Shown: positions 17,844-26,316 of the stretch, one piece after another
Layout: every line of letters begins with the position of its first letter
Numbering within the stretch: the stretch's first letter is position 1
Source: Dehalococcoidales bacterium
GTDB lineage: Bacteria > Chloroflexota > Dehalococcoidia > Dehalococcoidales > UBA1222
Assembly: GCA_016284035.1 (NCBI GenBank)
Contig: JAEEOC010000069.1
Location: forward strand, 1 to 38,735
Direction of reading: 5' to 3'
Length of the DNA stretch: 38,735 nucleotides
The notes under the pieces: model-generated
What the model was told of the DNA's origin: nothing
Seen by the model: the letters and a program-made list of their open reading frames with translations, nothing else
Databases searched by the model: none
Translations under genes and position numbers: made by a program

Positions 17844-18700
17844 TACGCCTCCTTTTCATTGAGGATCTTTAATAAACCAAATGCCTCTTCGGCATCGATC
17901 TGATCATTGGATAAAGCAAATCGGACGGTTTCTCTTCCCAGTACTCGGTAAATCTTTCCCGCATCATCATCGATCTTATCAATTGAAACGAGATGCTTTT
18001 TTATCGTTTCAGTATCGTTACGGGAGATTGGGCCAGTAAGACATTCTGAAAGCTTTTTTACTTTTAGATTATCGATGACGCTTTGCATCATTGGGAGCAG
18101 AGCTTCTTTTGTCTCTTCTTTATCGATTCCCATGGTTGTCCAGAGATCGGCAACTTTATTTAATAAAGCATCGGTATAATTCGAGACCATACAGCAACCC
18201 GCGTGATATAGGCCACAATCAGTAATACTGATGGTCTTGCATTCCAGTTTCTCGGCGAATTCTCTGATGATCTTAATCGATTTTTCGTCACCTGCGATCC
18301 CAAAAGAAATACTTCGGATGGAAATTGGTGTGTCAGTGAAAGAAGCACACGGATGCATGATGCCGACAGAAGCTTTCTGCTCTTTCGCATGATCGAGTGC
18401 ATCTAAAGATGTTCCGCCGCTGCAATGAATAACGGTCTTATTCTCGTTCCAAATGATATTGTCACATACAGTTTTAATTTGAGAATCGGAAACAGTCAAA
18501 AATATGACATCAGAATCATCAACAACTAACTGTGGATCTTTATAAACAGTCAATCCTTCTATTAGGTCACGTAGATAAATGGCATTTGAATATGTCCTGC
18601 TAGAAGATGCAGTGACATCATATCCGGCAAGAGAAAGAGTCTGCGCCAGAGATCTAGCCATTCGTCCGGCACCTATCATTCCAATTTTCATCTCACTCAT
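17843..18700 (-). CDS. Rossmann-fold + DUF2520 protein, putative PanG-type ketopantoate reductase
   Basis: MKIGMIGAGRMA dinucleotide-binding motif. DUF2520-like YHAGCCMVSNY and LTGPISRND blocks. Its stop overlaps the panB start. The start is either 18700 (SD only 2 nt away) or, more likely, 18691 (MKIGMIGAG). Confidence 0.65.
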   Translation of the reverse strand: MSEMKIGMIGAGRMARSLAQTLSLAGYDVTASSSRTYSNAIYLRDLIEGLTVYKDPQLVVDDSDVIFLTVSDSQIKTVCDNIIWNENKTVIHCSGGTSLDALDHAKEQKASVGIMHPCASFTDTPISIRSISFGIAGDEKSIKIIREFAEKLECKTISITDCGLYHAGCCMVSNYTDALLNKVADLWTTMGIDKEETKEALLPMMQSVIDNLKVKKLSECLTGPISRNDTETIKKHLVSIDKIDDDAGKIYRVLGRETVRFALSNDQIDAEEAFGLLKILNEKEA

Positions 18701-18708
18701 TACCCCTT

Positions 18709-18735
18709 AAATAAAAATACCTCCGAAACGGAGGT
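18709..18735 (-). terminator. leader terminator/attenuator hairpin immediately upstream of the pan operon RBS
   Basis: Minus strand reads ACCTCCG-TTT-CGGAGGT (18735-18719) followed by ATTTTTATTT, then AAGGGG and the start codon. Confidence 0.5.
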
Positions 18736-18842
18736 CATCAAACTCATTCCGTCTCGGTCTGCCTGATCCAAGCGGTTTAATATCTAAGTTGTTATAAAAA
18801 TATCAGTCGTTGCCGTTTCCGGTCACCGCTAACTCTATTATA
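18736..18842 (-). promoter_or_regulatory. pan operon promoter (-10 TATAAT) and ~125-nt structured 5' leader, a candidate cis-regulatory RNA (pan-motif-like tandem hairpins)
   Basis: Minus-strand TATAAT at 18842-18837. Two small hairpins have the same architecture: GTGACCG-GAAA-CGGCAAC (18826-18809) and CAGACCG-AGA-CGGAATG (18761-18745). The closing pairs co-vary (GT/AC versus CA/TG). A terminator hairpin lies downstream. Confidence 0.35.
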
Positions 18843-18857
18843 CATGAAATCAAATAT

Positions 18858-18901
18858 CTAAAAGTAGTGCAGCCACATCTCTATGTTTGAGATATGGCTG
18901 C
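18858..18901 (-). terminator. terminator after the DUF169 gene
   Basis: 13-bp stem on the minus RNA (GCAGCCAUAUCUC / GAGAUGUGGCUGC, one G-U pair), 7-nt loop, followed by ACUACUUUU. Confidence 0.5.
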
Positions 18902-18935
18902 AAATTAAGAAGAGAAATAATGAAAAAGCGCGTTG

Positions 18936-19766
18936 CTATTTTTTACTTTTAGTTTTTCTGTTCTTGATCTTCTCACGTTCGATCAAAAGATAGTATGCAT
19001 CGTCCATCGTGATACATGAGGTCTCGACACCGAGTTTTCCGAGATCTGCAATGATCTCTTTCTTTCGGTCATCCATTTCTGTCGCTCTGACAGTATCCAA
19101 AAGTCCCTGTATGAGACCTTCGATCTTGTCATAAGGTACACCAGCAATAGCTTCGGTATCCTTCCATTTGGCAAGATATCGAGTACCTGAACAGAACATG
19201 GATAAGTTGATCTGATCTGTGATGATGGGAGTAGTGGTGCTTTCTATACAAACGGCTTGATTACCTGTCAAAGCGATATGAGGATAGATTCCGAAATGAC
19301 AGGTATAACCCTGCATTACACGCATCAACTCTCGGGGATTAGCAACAATCAGTACTACATCCGGATCAGATTTAGTAAAACATTCAAATGGTTTTACTAT
19401 TACACCGTAGAGAGGACGATGCAGATATTTGAGCTGATTATTAGTCTTGAAAGCAACATCTGGATCCTTAAAAAGGCCCAATTCGCAGCTACTGCAACCG
19501 GAATAAAAACCCTCACCTGGATCGGAGAAACCCAACGCAAAAGTACTTCCGCTGCACTGTGAACATTGCTTTCGTAGCTTCAAGCTGTTGCCAAGAGTAG
19601 CTGATTTGACTACCACACAATATTCCAATGGAGATGTCAGTTCCTTGGCTTCATCTTTATCAAAGTCTTTTTTTGAATAGACAAGCTTCACGCCGACGAG
19701 CTTTCGTCCAGTGAGTTTTATCAATGCACTCAGCTTAGCTGAAAGAAGAGCATTATCACGTTTCAT
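18936..19766 (-). CDS. DUF169 domain protein (function unknown)
   Basis: Typical DUF169 pattern: LVGVKLV near the N-terminus, YCVVV, CSG...ALGF, PDVVLIVANPRELMRVMQGY and a conserved late Cys. The ATG at 19766 has AGGAG 7 nt upstream. The track start at 19823 would place an inverted repeat inside the coding region. Confidence 0.75.
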   Translation of the reverse strand: MKRDNALLSAKLSALIKLTGRKLVGVKLVYSKKDFDKDEAKELTSPLEYCVVVKSATLGNSLKLRKQCSQCSGSTFALGFSDPGEGFYSGCSSCELGLFKDPDVAFKTNNQLKYLHRPLYGVIVKPFECFTKSDPDVVLIVANPRELMRVMQGYTCHFGIYPHIALTGNQAVCIESTTTPIITDQINLSMFCSGTRYLAKWKDTEAIAGVPYDKIEGLIQGLLDTVRATEMDDRKKEIIADLGKLGVETSCITMDDAYYLLIEREKIKNRKTKSKK

Positions 19767-19784
19767 TTTTGTTCTCCTTGAAGT

Positions 19785-19825
19785 AAATGGATGATCAATA
19801 TATTGATTAATCGATACATCCATTT
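19785..19825. repeat. nested inverted repeat between the SBP gene and the DUF169 gene
   Basis: Outer 9-bp arms AAATGGATG (19785-19793) / CATCCATTT (19817-19825) enclose a perfect 14-bp palindrome ATCAATATATTGAT (19794-19807). Confidence 0.6.
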
Positions 19826-19848
19826 ACATTCCTTTTGCTTTGCTTATC

Positions 19849-20823
19849 TTATTTGATTTGACCTACATTTTCGTGACAGGAATCTGCAAGCTGTTCAGCA
19901 GTCATACTAATGTTGACAATCTTGAGATCCATAAGATCTTTTGCACACTGGATGAATGAATCTTTTGCAGCCTGGAATTTGCCACCGTATCGGTAAGTAT
20001 CAAGAAGTTTGCCGTTGAATACGTAGTCAGGATCAGCGATGTATGCTTTCTCGTAAGAGATCTTTGCGGCTTCTTCAGGATGTGCTGCGATCCAGTCACA
20101 TGCTTTACAGAGAGCTGCAACAAATTTCTTAGCAACATCGGGATGATCTTTGACGAAACCCGTTCGGAAACCGGTAACACAGCAGTATTCATCCTTTGTA
20201 GCAGGATCGTTAGCCTGGTTGTAGATCTCATGGATACCATCATAACCAGCAACGATAGAAGCATACGGATCCCATGCGATGAATGCATCGATTCGGTCTT
20301 CCTGAAGAGCAGGAGCGAGATCTGCATTAGTAAATACTTGGAGATCGACCTCTTCGATAGGAATGCCATAATAAACTAACATTCGCTGGAGCATGATCGC
20401 GGGATCAGAACCCATACCAGTGGGGATGCCAACTCTCTTGCCTTTAAGGTCTTTGATGGATTTGATACCGGATTTGTCAGAAGCAACAGCGTTGATACAT
20501 CCGTAATGGTCACCCATGACGATCTGCATGTCGAAACCATTAGCGATACGCTGAACGAAAGTGGGGAGCAGGCCGTAGCAGTAATCGTTCTTGCCGGCTG
20601 CCATGAGGTCCCACTGGTTGCCTTCAGACATGTTGTAAGAATAGCTTACGCCTTCTTCATCTAAGAAACCTTGCTCAATTGCAATGTAAATGGGAGCACT
20701 GCAAAGAGCTGCACCGGAAGCAATCTGGACTACATAATTGTCGTCTTTCTTGCCGCATGCACTTGCAAGGCAGGAGATCACGAGGACTGCTGCCAGCAAA
20801 ATTGAGAATACCTTTGTCTTCAT
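19849..20823 (-). CDS. ABC transporter substrate-binding lipoprotein, NMT1/SsuA/TauA-like
   Basis: Signal peptide with lipobox LASAC and a GGAGG RBS. Two-lobe SBP pattern (GKRVGIPTGMGSDP, IDAFIAWDPY) typical of the NitT/TauT family. Confidence 0.8.
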   Translation of the reverse strand: MKTKVFSILLAAVLVISCLASACGKKDDNYVVQIASGAALCSAPIYIAIEQGFLDEEGVSYSYNMSEGNQWDLMAAGKNDYCYGLLPTFVQRIANGFDMQIVMGDHYGCINAVASDKSGIKSIKDLKGKRVGIPTGMGSDPAIMLQRMLVYYGIPIEEVDLQVFTNADLAPALQEDRIDAFIAWDPYASIVAGYDGIHEIYNQANDPATKDEYCCVTGFRTGFVKDHPDVAKKFVAALCKACDWIAAHPEEAAKISYEKAYIADPDYVFNGKLLDTYRYGGKFQAAKDSFIQCAKDLMDLKIVNISMTAEQLADSCHENVGQIK

Positions 20824-20873
20824 TTAGCCTCCAATTTTTTTTGCCTAGTTTTTATATTTACCAATCACTTGGT

Positions 20874-21527
20874 TTAGGCCTGATTTAATTCACCATTTTC
20901 CATCACATACTGAATCTGATCATCAGTGATCCAGCGAGAGTCGTGTGTAACCAATACGATTGCTTTGTCTTTTTTCTTCAAATCATTAAGAATTGCCATG
21001 ATCTTTGATGCCCAAACAGAATCGAGATCATTTGTCGGTTCATCTGCACAGACGATGAGTGGATCACGAGATAAAACACATGCAATCATTGCACGTCGTC
21101 TCTGTCCTCCAGAGAGCAGACTAGGAAGTTTATTTGCTTCATCCTCCAACCCGAACAATGTGATCAATGCTTCAATATCTAGTGTTGGATCATTCCCAAA
21201 GGATCTTGATAGGAGCATATTTTCACGAACTGTTAGGGCTTGGACAAGCTGAACGTTCTGGAATAGATAACCGACATTCTTGCTTCTCCAAATGGAAAGA
21301 GCATTATCTGACATGTCATAAATGCTTTCGCCATTCCAAAGTACTCTGCCTGATGTTGGTGGCAAAAGGCCACTCATCATAAGAAGTAAAGAACTTTTCC
21401 CGCTACCTGATTCACCCTGAATAGAAATAAAATCCCCTGATTTTATCTTCATATCACAGGACTTCACCGCCTGATAATCATTCCCGGAATACTGTTTTGT
21501 TACTTTTTCGATGGTCAATTCAAACAC
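20874..21527 (-). CDS. ABC transporter ATP-binding protein, MacB/LolD-type partner of the FtsX permease
   Basis: Walker A GESGSGKSS, signature LSGGQRRR, Walker B VCADEPTNDLD. GTG start with AAGGAGA 7 nt upstream; overlaps the FtsX stop by 1 nt. Confidence 0.9.
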   Translation of the reverse strand: MFELTIEKVTKQYSGNDYQAVKSCDMKIKSGDFISIQGESGSGKSSLLLMMSGLLPPTSGRVLWNGESIYDMSDNALSIWRSKNVGYLFQNVQLVQALTVRENMLLSRSFGNDPTLDIEALITLFGLEDEANKLPSLLSGGQRRRAMIACVLSRDPLIVCADEPTNDLDSVWASKIMAILNDLKKKDKAIVLVTHDSRWITDDQIQYVMENGELNQA

Positions 21528-22714
21528 TACAGCTCTCCTTTCGTGATCATTTCATGTGGTGATAAGCGGTTAGTGATTATCAAAGGGATGATAGTAGAAA
21601 TCAAACAAAGCATGAGCGTAATAACGATTCCAAGGAGGAGATGTATCAGCATGAATTTGATGTCGACAACGCTCACCGGCATGGTTAGATTGCTCCTGAC
21701 CCAATTGATCATAGGACCAATGAGTGCCATACCGATCAGACTTCCGAAGAAACCTGATGAAAGACCTATCAGACCAAATTCCATGATGAACATCCTGAAT
21801 AGCTGCGAACGAGTCATGCCGATGCTCCTGAGATAACCGACTTCTTTGATCCTCATGTGGATCATCATGTAGAACTGAGATGAGATCGCAATTACACAAA
21901 GTATCATGATCACAGCGAGAAGCAGTGTCAGGATTGTTGAGAACATTCCGATCTCATTTTGAAGTTTGATCTGAAGATCAGTGACCGAAATAACATTCGC
22001 GCTGATTCCAATGATCGAATCAAGATAAGTATCTATCGAAGCATTCTTATCGAGTCTGACCATAGCACATGTGATTGAAGAAAATGGATCAGGGTTTTCC
22101 GGGAAATTGATCTTTGCCAGATTACGTAACAGGCCAATATTACAGACGACAGAATCATCAAGGAAAGAGCCTGTGGGTTCCAATGAGGATATGATGGTCA
22201 TCGGATAATTCAGGATAGTCAGCGAAACCAACCCTTCAATATCGACATTGCATCCGGCAATTATCTCACCATCTTTTAATGTATCTATCTTATCTTTGAT
22301 CCATGGTTTAACCAAAAAATCAGTATCCCAATCGATACCTACGAGTCTCAGTTCAAGTTCTGTTGAACAACAGCCTCCGCCAGGAAGGGTCTGTAAAAAG
22401 TACTGGGTAGTAATAGAGTCGACATATTCATTGTCGATCTCATCCAAGATGCTTGATGGCATATAAACCGACTGTGCGACACCAGAATATAAAATACCAG
22501 AATCATCGAGTTTTGATTCAAGAGGGTAGACAACGACATCAGCGCCATGTCTTTCCTGATTGAGTTTGAGTCCTGCCTTGGTAGCATCAAGAGTACCCCA
22601 GACCAGAACAAACAGAAAAATGCTGATAATGATACAAATAGAGACAATAGCTACTAACTGCTTTCTTCTGGAAATGTTGCTGAGTGCTATAGTGCCAAAC
22701 AATTTATTAAACAT
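21527..22714 (-). CDS. FtsX/MacB-type ABC permease (4 TM, large extracytoplasmic domain)
   Basis: N-terminal TM, a ~230-aa extracytoplasmic domain, then a C-terminal three-TM FtsX-like module (GYLRSIGMTRSQLFRMF...). The start overlaps the upstream ATPase stop (TAATG). Confidence 0.8.
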   Translation of the reverse strand: MFNKLFGTIALSNISRRKQLVAIVSICIIISIFLFVLVWGTLDATKAGLKLNQERHGADVVVYPLESKLDDSGILYSGVAQSVYMPSSILDEIDNEYVDSITTQYFLQTLPGGGCCSTELELRLVGIDWDTDFLVKPWIKDKIDTLKDGEIIAGCNVDIEGLVSLTILNYPMTIISSLEPTGSFLDDSVVCNIGLLRNLAKINFPENPDPFSSITCAMVRLDKNASIDTYLDSIIGISANVISVTDLQIKLQNEIGMFSTILTLLLAVIMILCVIAISSQFYMMIHMRIKEVGYLRSIGMTRSQLFRMFIMEFGLIGLSSGFFGSLIGMALIGPMINWVRSNLTMPVSVVDIKFMLIHLLLGIVITLMLCLISTIIPLIITNRLSPHEMITKGEL

Positions 22715-23517
22715 TATTCAATCCCATCAGAGTAAGTCTCTTCGTCAGAGAATTCTCCGCTGTGAAGCTGTTCAAGGATCTGCTTCTTTAATTCGATTGC
22801 ATGCATGCTGTTGCGATCCCTAGGATAAGACAGGTCGTTTTCGACTATATCGATTACTGTTGCAGGTCTGGATGACATGACAACAATCTTAGTTGCCAAT
22901 ACTACTGCTTCCTCTACATCATGCGTGACCATGACACAAGTCATTCCAAATCTCTTCCAAAGATCGACAAGACGATTTTGAAGAGCAGTTCGGGTAAAAG
23001 CATCAAGTGCACCAAAAGGTTCATCAAGCAGAAGTACTTTCGGACGATTTATAAGGGCACGAGCAAAAGCGGCACGCTGTTGCATACCACCGGAAAGATG
23101 ATGGGGAAGGGTCTTTTCAAAGCCTTTAAGACCTACCAAATCTATGAATTTCTGAACATCATCTTTCTGTTCTTTATAAACACCTCTTGCTTTGAGTCCG
23201 AATGCAACATTCTCTTCAACGCTCATCCATTTGAATAATTCAGGATTTTGGAATACAAGCCCGCGTTCGGGGCCGGGCTTTTCAATTAGATCATTATCTA
23301 AATGTATAGTACCTTCATCAGCTTTCAAAAGACCAGCGATTGTTCGCAACAATGTGGTCTTACCGCAACCCGAAGGGCCCATTAAACAAACAAATTCACC
23401 AGGTTTGATATCTATAGTTACATCATTCACTGTCAATACTTTGTTTCCAAATGGGTCAACAAAGTATTTAGAGACGTGATCGATCTCGATATGTCCATAT
23501 TGTGTATTGATTACCAT
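22714..23517 (-). CDS. ABC transporter ATP-binding protein, NitT/TauT (SsuB-like) family
   Basis: Walker A GPSGCGKTT, signature LSGGMQQR, Walker B LLLDEPFGALD. Overlaps the permease gene by 7 nt. Confidence 0.9.
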   Translation of the reverse strand: MVINTQYGHIEIDHVSKYFVDPFGNKVLTVNDVTIDIKPGEFVCLMGPSGCGKTTLLRTIAGLLKADEGTIHLDNDLIEKPGPERGLVFQNPELFKWMSVEENVAFGLKARGVYKEQKDDVQKFIDLVGLKGFEKTLPHHLSGGMQQRAAFARALINRPKVLLLDEPFGALDAFTRTALQNRLVDLWKRFGMTCVMVTHDVEEAVVLATKIVVMSSRPATVIDIVENDLSYPRDRNSMHAIELKKQILEQLHSGEFSDEETYSDGIE

Positions 23518-24509
23518 CGGATCATGCCCTCCTGCCAGCTGAGGAACTTATTTCGTAATACAAACAAAACTTTGATTGTTAGGAAACAGAGGGTGGCAAG
23601 TATGAACAGGGCTACCCAAACATTCTGGTAAGCCATGATCTGCTGTTTCCAGTTAATATACCAACCGATTCCATATCGAGCTCCCATAAGTTCGGCAAGC
23701 ATCAATGAAACAAAACTGGTCGTTACACCGGAAAATATTCCGACAAAAATTTGTGGCATGGCCGCGGGAATGGCGATCCTGCGTATCTGATATTTGTTAT
23801 CAGCACCTAGGGTGTCGGCAACATCATAGTATCCCTTGCTAACATTTTGAATTCCGGAACAAGTCTGGACAGCACATGGGAACCACATTGTTAATGCAAC
23901 GATGAACACACTGGCGCTGAAAAGACCGGGAAATACAAGAAGAGCGATAGGAATCCAAATTGCGGTTGGAAGCGGACCAATAAAACGTAAGATAGGAAAA
24001 GCCCAGTAATTAACCTTTTTACTCCAACCCATAAAGATTCCTGAAACAATTCCGACAAAACCACCGATAACAATACCAAAGAACAAAAGTCTAAGAGAGT
24101 AGAAAGTACATTTTAAAAGGATTTCTCTTTCTGAAACAGCACTTGCCAATACATTGTTTACAGAAGGGAAATATATCTTTGGCAAAGTCATAGTCTTATC
24201 TGTAAGGATAAGTAAAACACCTGATAGTATGAGAACAGCTGATGTAAATTTGATTGTAGGCTGATATTTGATCTCTTTCTTTTTTGAGATCCATGCCCAG
24301 ACGCCTTGAATAAGAAACCATGCAGCAACAAATAACATCAGATAGAAGAAATAATGAGGACCCAGCTGAATTACTTTAATATGCGTTGGAATCAATAAAT
24401 CAAGGAGAGCATCTACAAGAGCAAGAAGGAAAGGCAAGAAATATGTAATCTTCTTACCCGAACTGACCAAGGGTAGTGTATTCAATTTAAATCCTACCTT
24501 TATTTTCAA
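23511..24509 (-). CDS. ABC transporter permease, NitT/TauT (SsuC-like) family with an N-terminal membrane extension
   Basis: BPD-type core with an EAA-like loop (DVADTLGADNKYQIRRIAIPAAMP). About 75 extra N-terminal residues with additional hydrophobic helices. Confidence 0.85.
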   Translation of the reverse strand: MKIKVGFKLNTLPLVSSGKKITYFLPFLLALVDALLDLLIPTHIKVIQLGPHYFFYLMLFVAAWFLIQGVWAWISKKKEIKYQPTIKFTSAVLILSGVLLILTDKTMTLPKIYFPSVNNVLASAVSEREILLKCTFYSLRLLFFGIVIGGFVGIVSGIFMGWSKKVNYWAFPILRFIGPLPTAIWIPIALLVFPGLFSASVFIVALTMWFPCAVQTCSGIQNVSKGYYDVADTLGADNKYQIRRIAIPAAMPQIFVGIFSGVTTSFVSLMLAELMGARYGIGWYINWKQQIMAYQNVWVALFILATLCFLTIKVLFVLRNKFLSWQEGMIRW

Positions 24510-24699
24510 ATGTTAAATGGGAAGAAAATAGAAGTCAATTGATATTAGTATAATTTTGTCTAATTAACAAACAAAAATATTTTTATATTAATAGATTTAG
24601 ATATATAAATATGAAAAAACTTTAAGAAAAAAATCACAAATTTTAATGTAAAGACAATTCTTCTATGAAAGAAAAAACTTATACATATTTAAACGGTAT

Positions 24700-24733
24700 G
24701 TAAAATAACAAATTTTTAATCTTGTTATTTTAC
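24700..24733 (-). terminator. AT-rich hairpin overlapping the stop of the small ORF (weak terminator candidate)
   Basis: Perfect 12-bp stem GTAAAATAACAA (24700-24711) / TTGTTATTTTAC (24722-24733) with a 10-nt loop. No clear U-tract follows on the minus strand. Confidence 0.3.
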
Positions 24734-24973
24734 AGGTATAGAACCTAGCCGTTTTACTTGTTCGCTGAGCCTGTCAATATGTTCAAGAAGTGCATCGATA
24801 ATCTCTTGTTTTTCAGATTCCATCTTCTCTAATACAATCTGATCTGAACCACGTTGTGTCTGTTTCGCTTCGGTGTAAAGCTTTCCCAGTTTCTTTTCGT
24901 CAGGATCATGACTTTTTTCGTCATAAGGATTATATGAATTAAGGGGAAGGATCGTCTTTTTAGTATCAGCCAT
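24725..24973 (-). CDS. small hypothetical protein with a charged, coiled-coil-like C-terminus
   Basis: 82 aa with a strong AAGGAGG RBS 7 nt upstream of the ATG. No family recognised. Confidence 0.55.
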   Translation of the reverse strand: MADTKKTILPLNSYNPYDEKSHDPDEKKLGKLYTEAKQTQRGSDQIVLEKMESEKQEIIDALLEHIDRLSEQVKRLGSIPVK

Positions 24974-24984
24974 TGAATTCCTCC

Positions 24985-25013
24985 TTGAATCATCTCTTTT
25001 GTATTTTTATTAT
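24985..25013 (+). promoter_or_regulatory. candidate promoter for the aconitase-family/IDH operon
   Basis: TTGAAT (24985-24990), 17-nt spacer, TATTAT (25008-25013), about 50 nt upstream of the ATG at 25063. Confidence 0.3.
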
Positions 25014-25062
25014 AACGCTTTGTTTTGCTATGATAATCAAATCTCATATAAGAGGATAAATC

Positions 25063-26316
25063 ATGAAACAAACATTATCTGAAAAGATCTTGTCACGAAA
25101 AGTTGGACACGATGTACATGCCGGCGAGATTGTCGTATGTCCTTTAGATCTAGCATTCGTTCAGGATACCACTGGTCCTCTCACTGTACGTGAGTTCCTG
25201 AATAGTGGATTCAAATCATTAGCTAATCCTTCGAGAACCATTCTTTTCCTTGATCATGCTGCACCAAGTTCCAACGCACAGATATCTACTGATCATCTCC
25301 TTCTTCGTAAGTTTGCTAAAGACATGGGTTGTATCATCTCTGATGTCGGTAATGGTGTTTGCCACCAGATCGTTGCTGAAAAGTATTCAAGACCGGGTGA
25401 TGTGATCATCGGTGCTGATTCTCATACAGTAACCGGCGGTTCAATGTGTGCATTCTCCACAGGCATGGGTTCTTCCGATGTAGCAGTCGGATTTGCTCTT
25501 GGAAAGACTTGGTTCCGTGTCCCTGAAACTATTCGTATCGAACTAACAGGTGATTTTCAGAAGAACGTATACCCCAAGGATCTGATTCTTCACTTGATCG
25601 GTATGATCGGTGCAGACGGAGCCACTTATAAAGCACTCGAATTCGGAGGTCCTTCTGTCAGGAATATTCCTATGACGGGTCGAATAGCTATATCTAATAT
25701 GGCTGTTGAAGCAGGTGCTAAAGTCGGACTCTTCCCATCTGATGATATTACAAAGGAATATCTTGAAGCACGCGGTAGAGGAGAAACTTGGATCCCTCTG
25801 GATGCTGATTTGGGAGCCGAATACGAGAGAATCATAAAGATCGATCTTTCCACTCTTGAACCAACAGTATCTAAACCGCACACAGTTGATAATACTTCGA
25901 CTGCTAAAGAAATAGCAGGTACTCATATCGATCAGGTCTCAATCGGCACTTGTACTAATGGACGTATCGAAGATCTTGCAATAGCAGCAAACATTCTTAA
26001 AGGAAAACATACTGCTCCTGGTACCAGGCTGGTCATTACACCAGCATCAAAGCAGATACTTCTCGATGCAATTGAATTGGGTTATATAAAAACTCTTGTC
26101 GAAGCCGGTGCGCTAATCATGCCTCCGGGTTGCGGGGCATGTCTTGGTCTCCATCAGGGCGTCCTTGGTGACGGCGAAGTCTGTCTCTCCACCGCAAATA
26201 GGAACTTTAAAGGACGTATGGGCAATCCCAATGCCTTTGTATATCTCGCCAGCCCGGAAACAGCTGCTTATAGTGCCATCTATGGCGAAATCCGAGATCC
26301 TAGAGAGGAGGCATAA
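25063..26316 (+). CDS. aconitase-superfamily dehydratase large subunit (LeuC/HacA type)
   Basis: 417 aa with GADSHT, CTNGR and PGCGACLG Fe-S ligand blocks. AGAGGA RBS. Confidence 0.9.
   Translation: MKQTLSEKILSRKVGHDVHAGEIVVCPLDLAFVQDTTGPLTVREFLNSGFKSLANPSRTILFLDHAAPSSNAQISTDHLLLRKFAKDMGCIISDVGNGVCHQIVAEKYSRPGDVIIGADSHTVTGGSMCAFSTGMGSSDVAVGFALGKTWFRVPETIRIELTGDFQKNVYPKDLILHLIGMIGADGATYKALEFGGPSVRNIPMTGRIAISNMAVEAGAKVGLFPSDDITKEYLEARGRGETWIPLDADLGAEYERIIKIDLSTLEPTVSKPHTVDNTSTAKEIAGTHIDQVSIGTCTNGRIEDLAIAANILKGKHTAPGTRLVITPASKQILLDAIELGYIKTLVEAGALIMPPGCGACLGLHQGVLGDGEVCLSTANRNFKGRMGNPNAFVYLASPETAAYSAIYGEIRDPREEA

Noticed and set aside
24510-24724. Riboswitch (for example TPP, given the NMT1/THI5-like binding protein) upstream of the ABC/DUF169 operon
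   Set aside because: The 215-nt region is almost pure A/T, with no GC-rich helices and none of the conserved TPP-element blocks (CUGAGA, ACCUGAUCUGGAUAAUGCCAGCG-like). It looks like a plain promoter/UP-element region.
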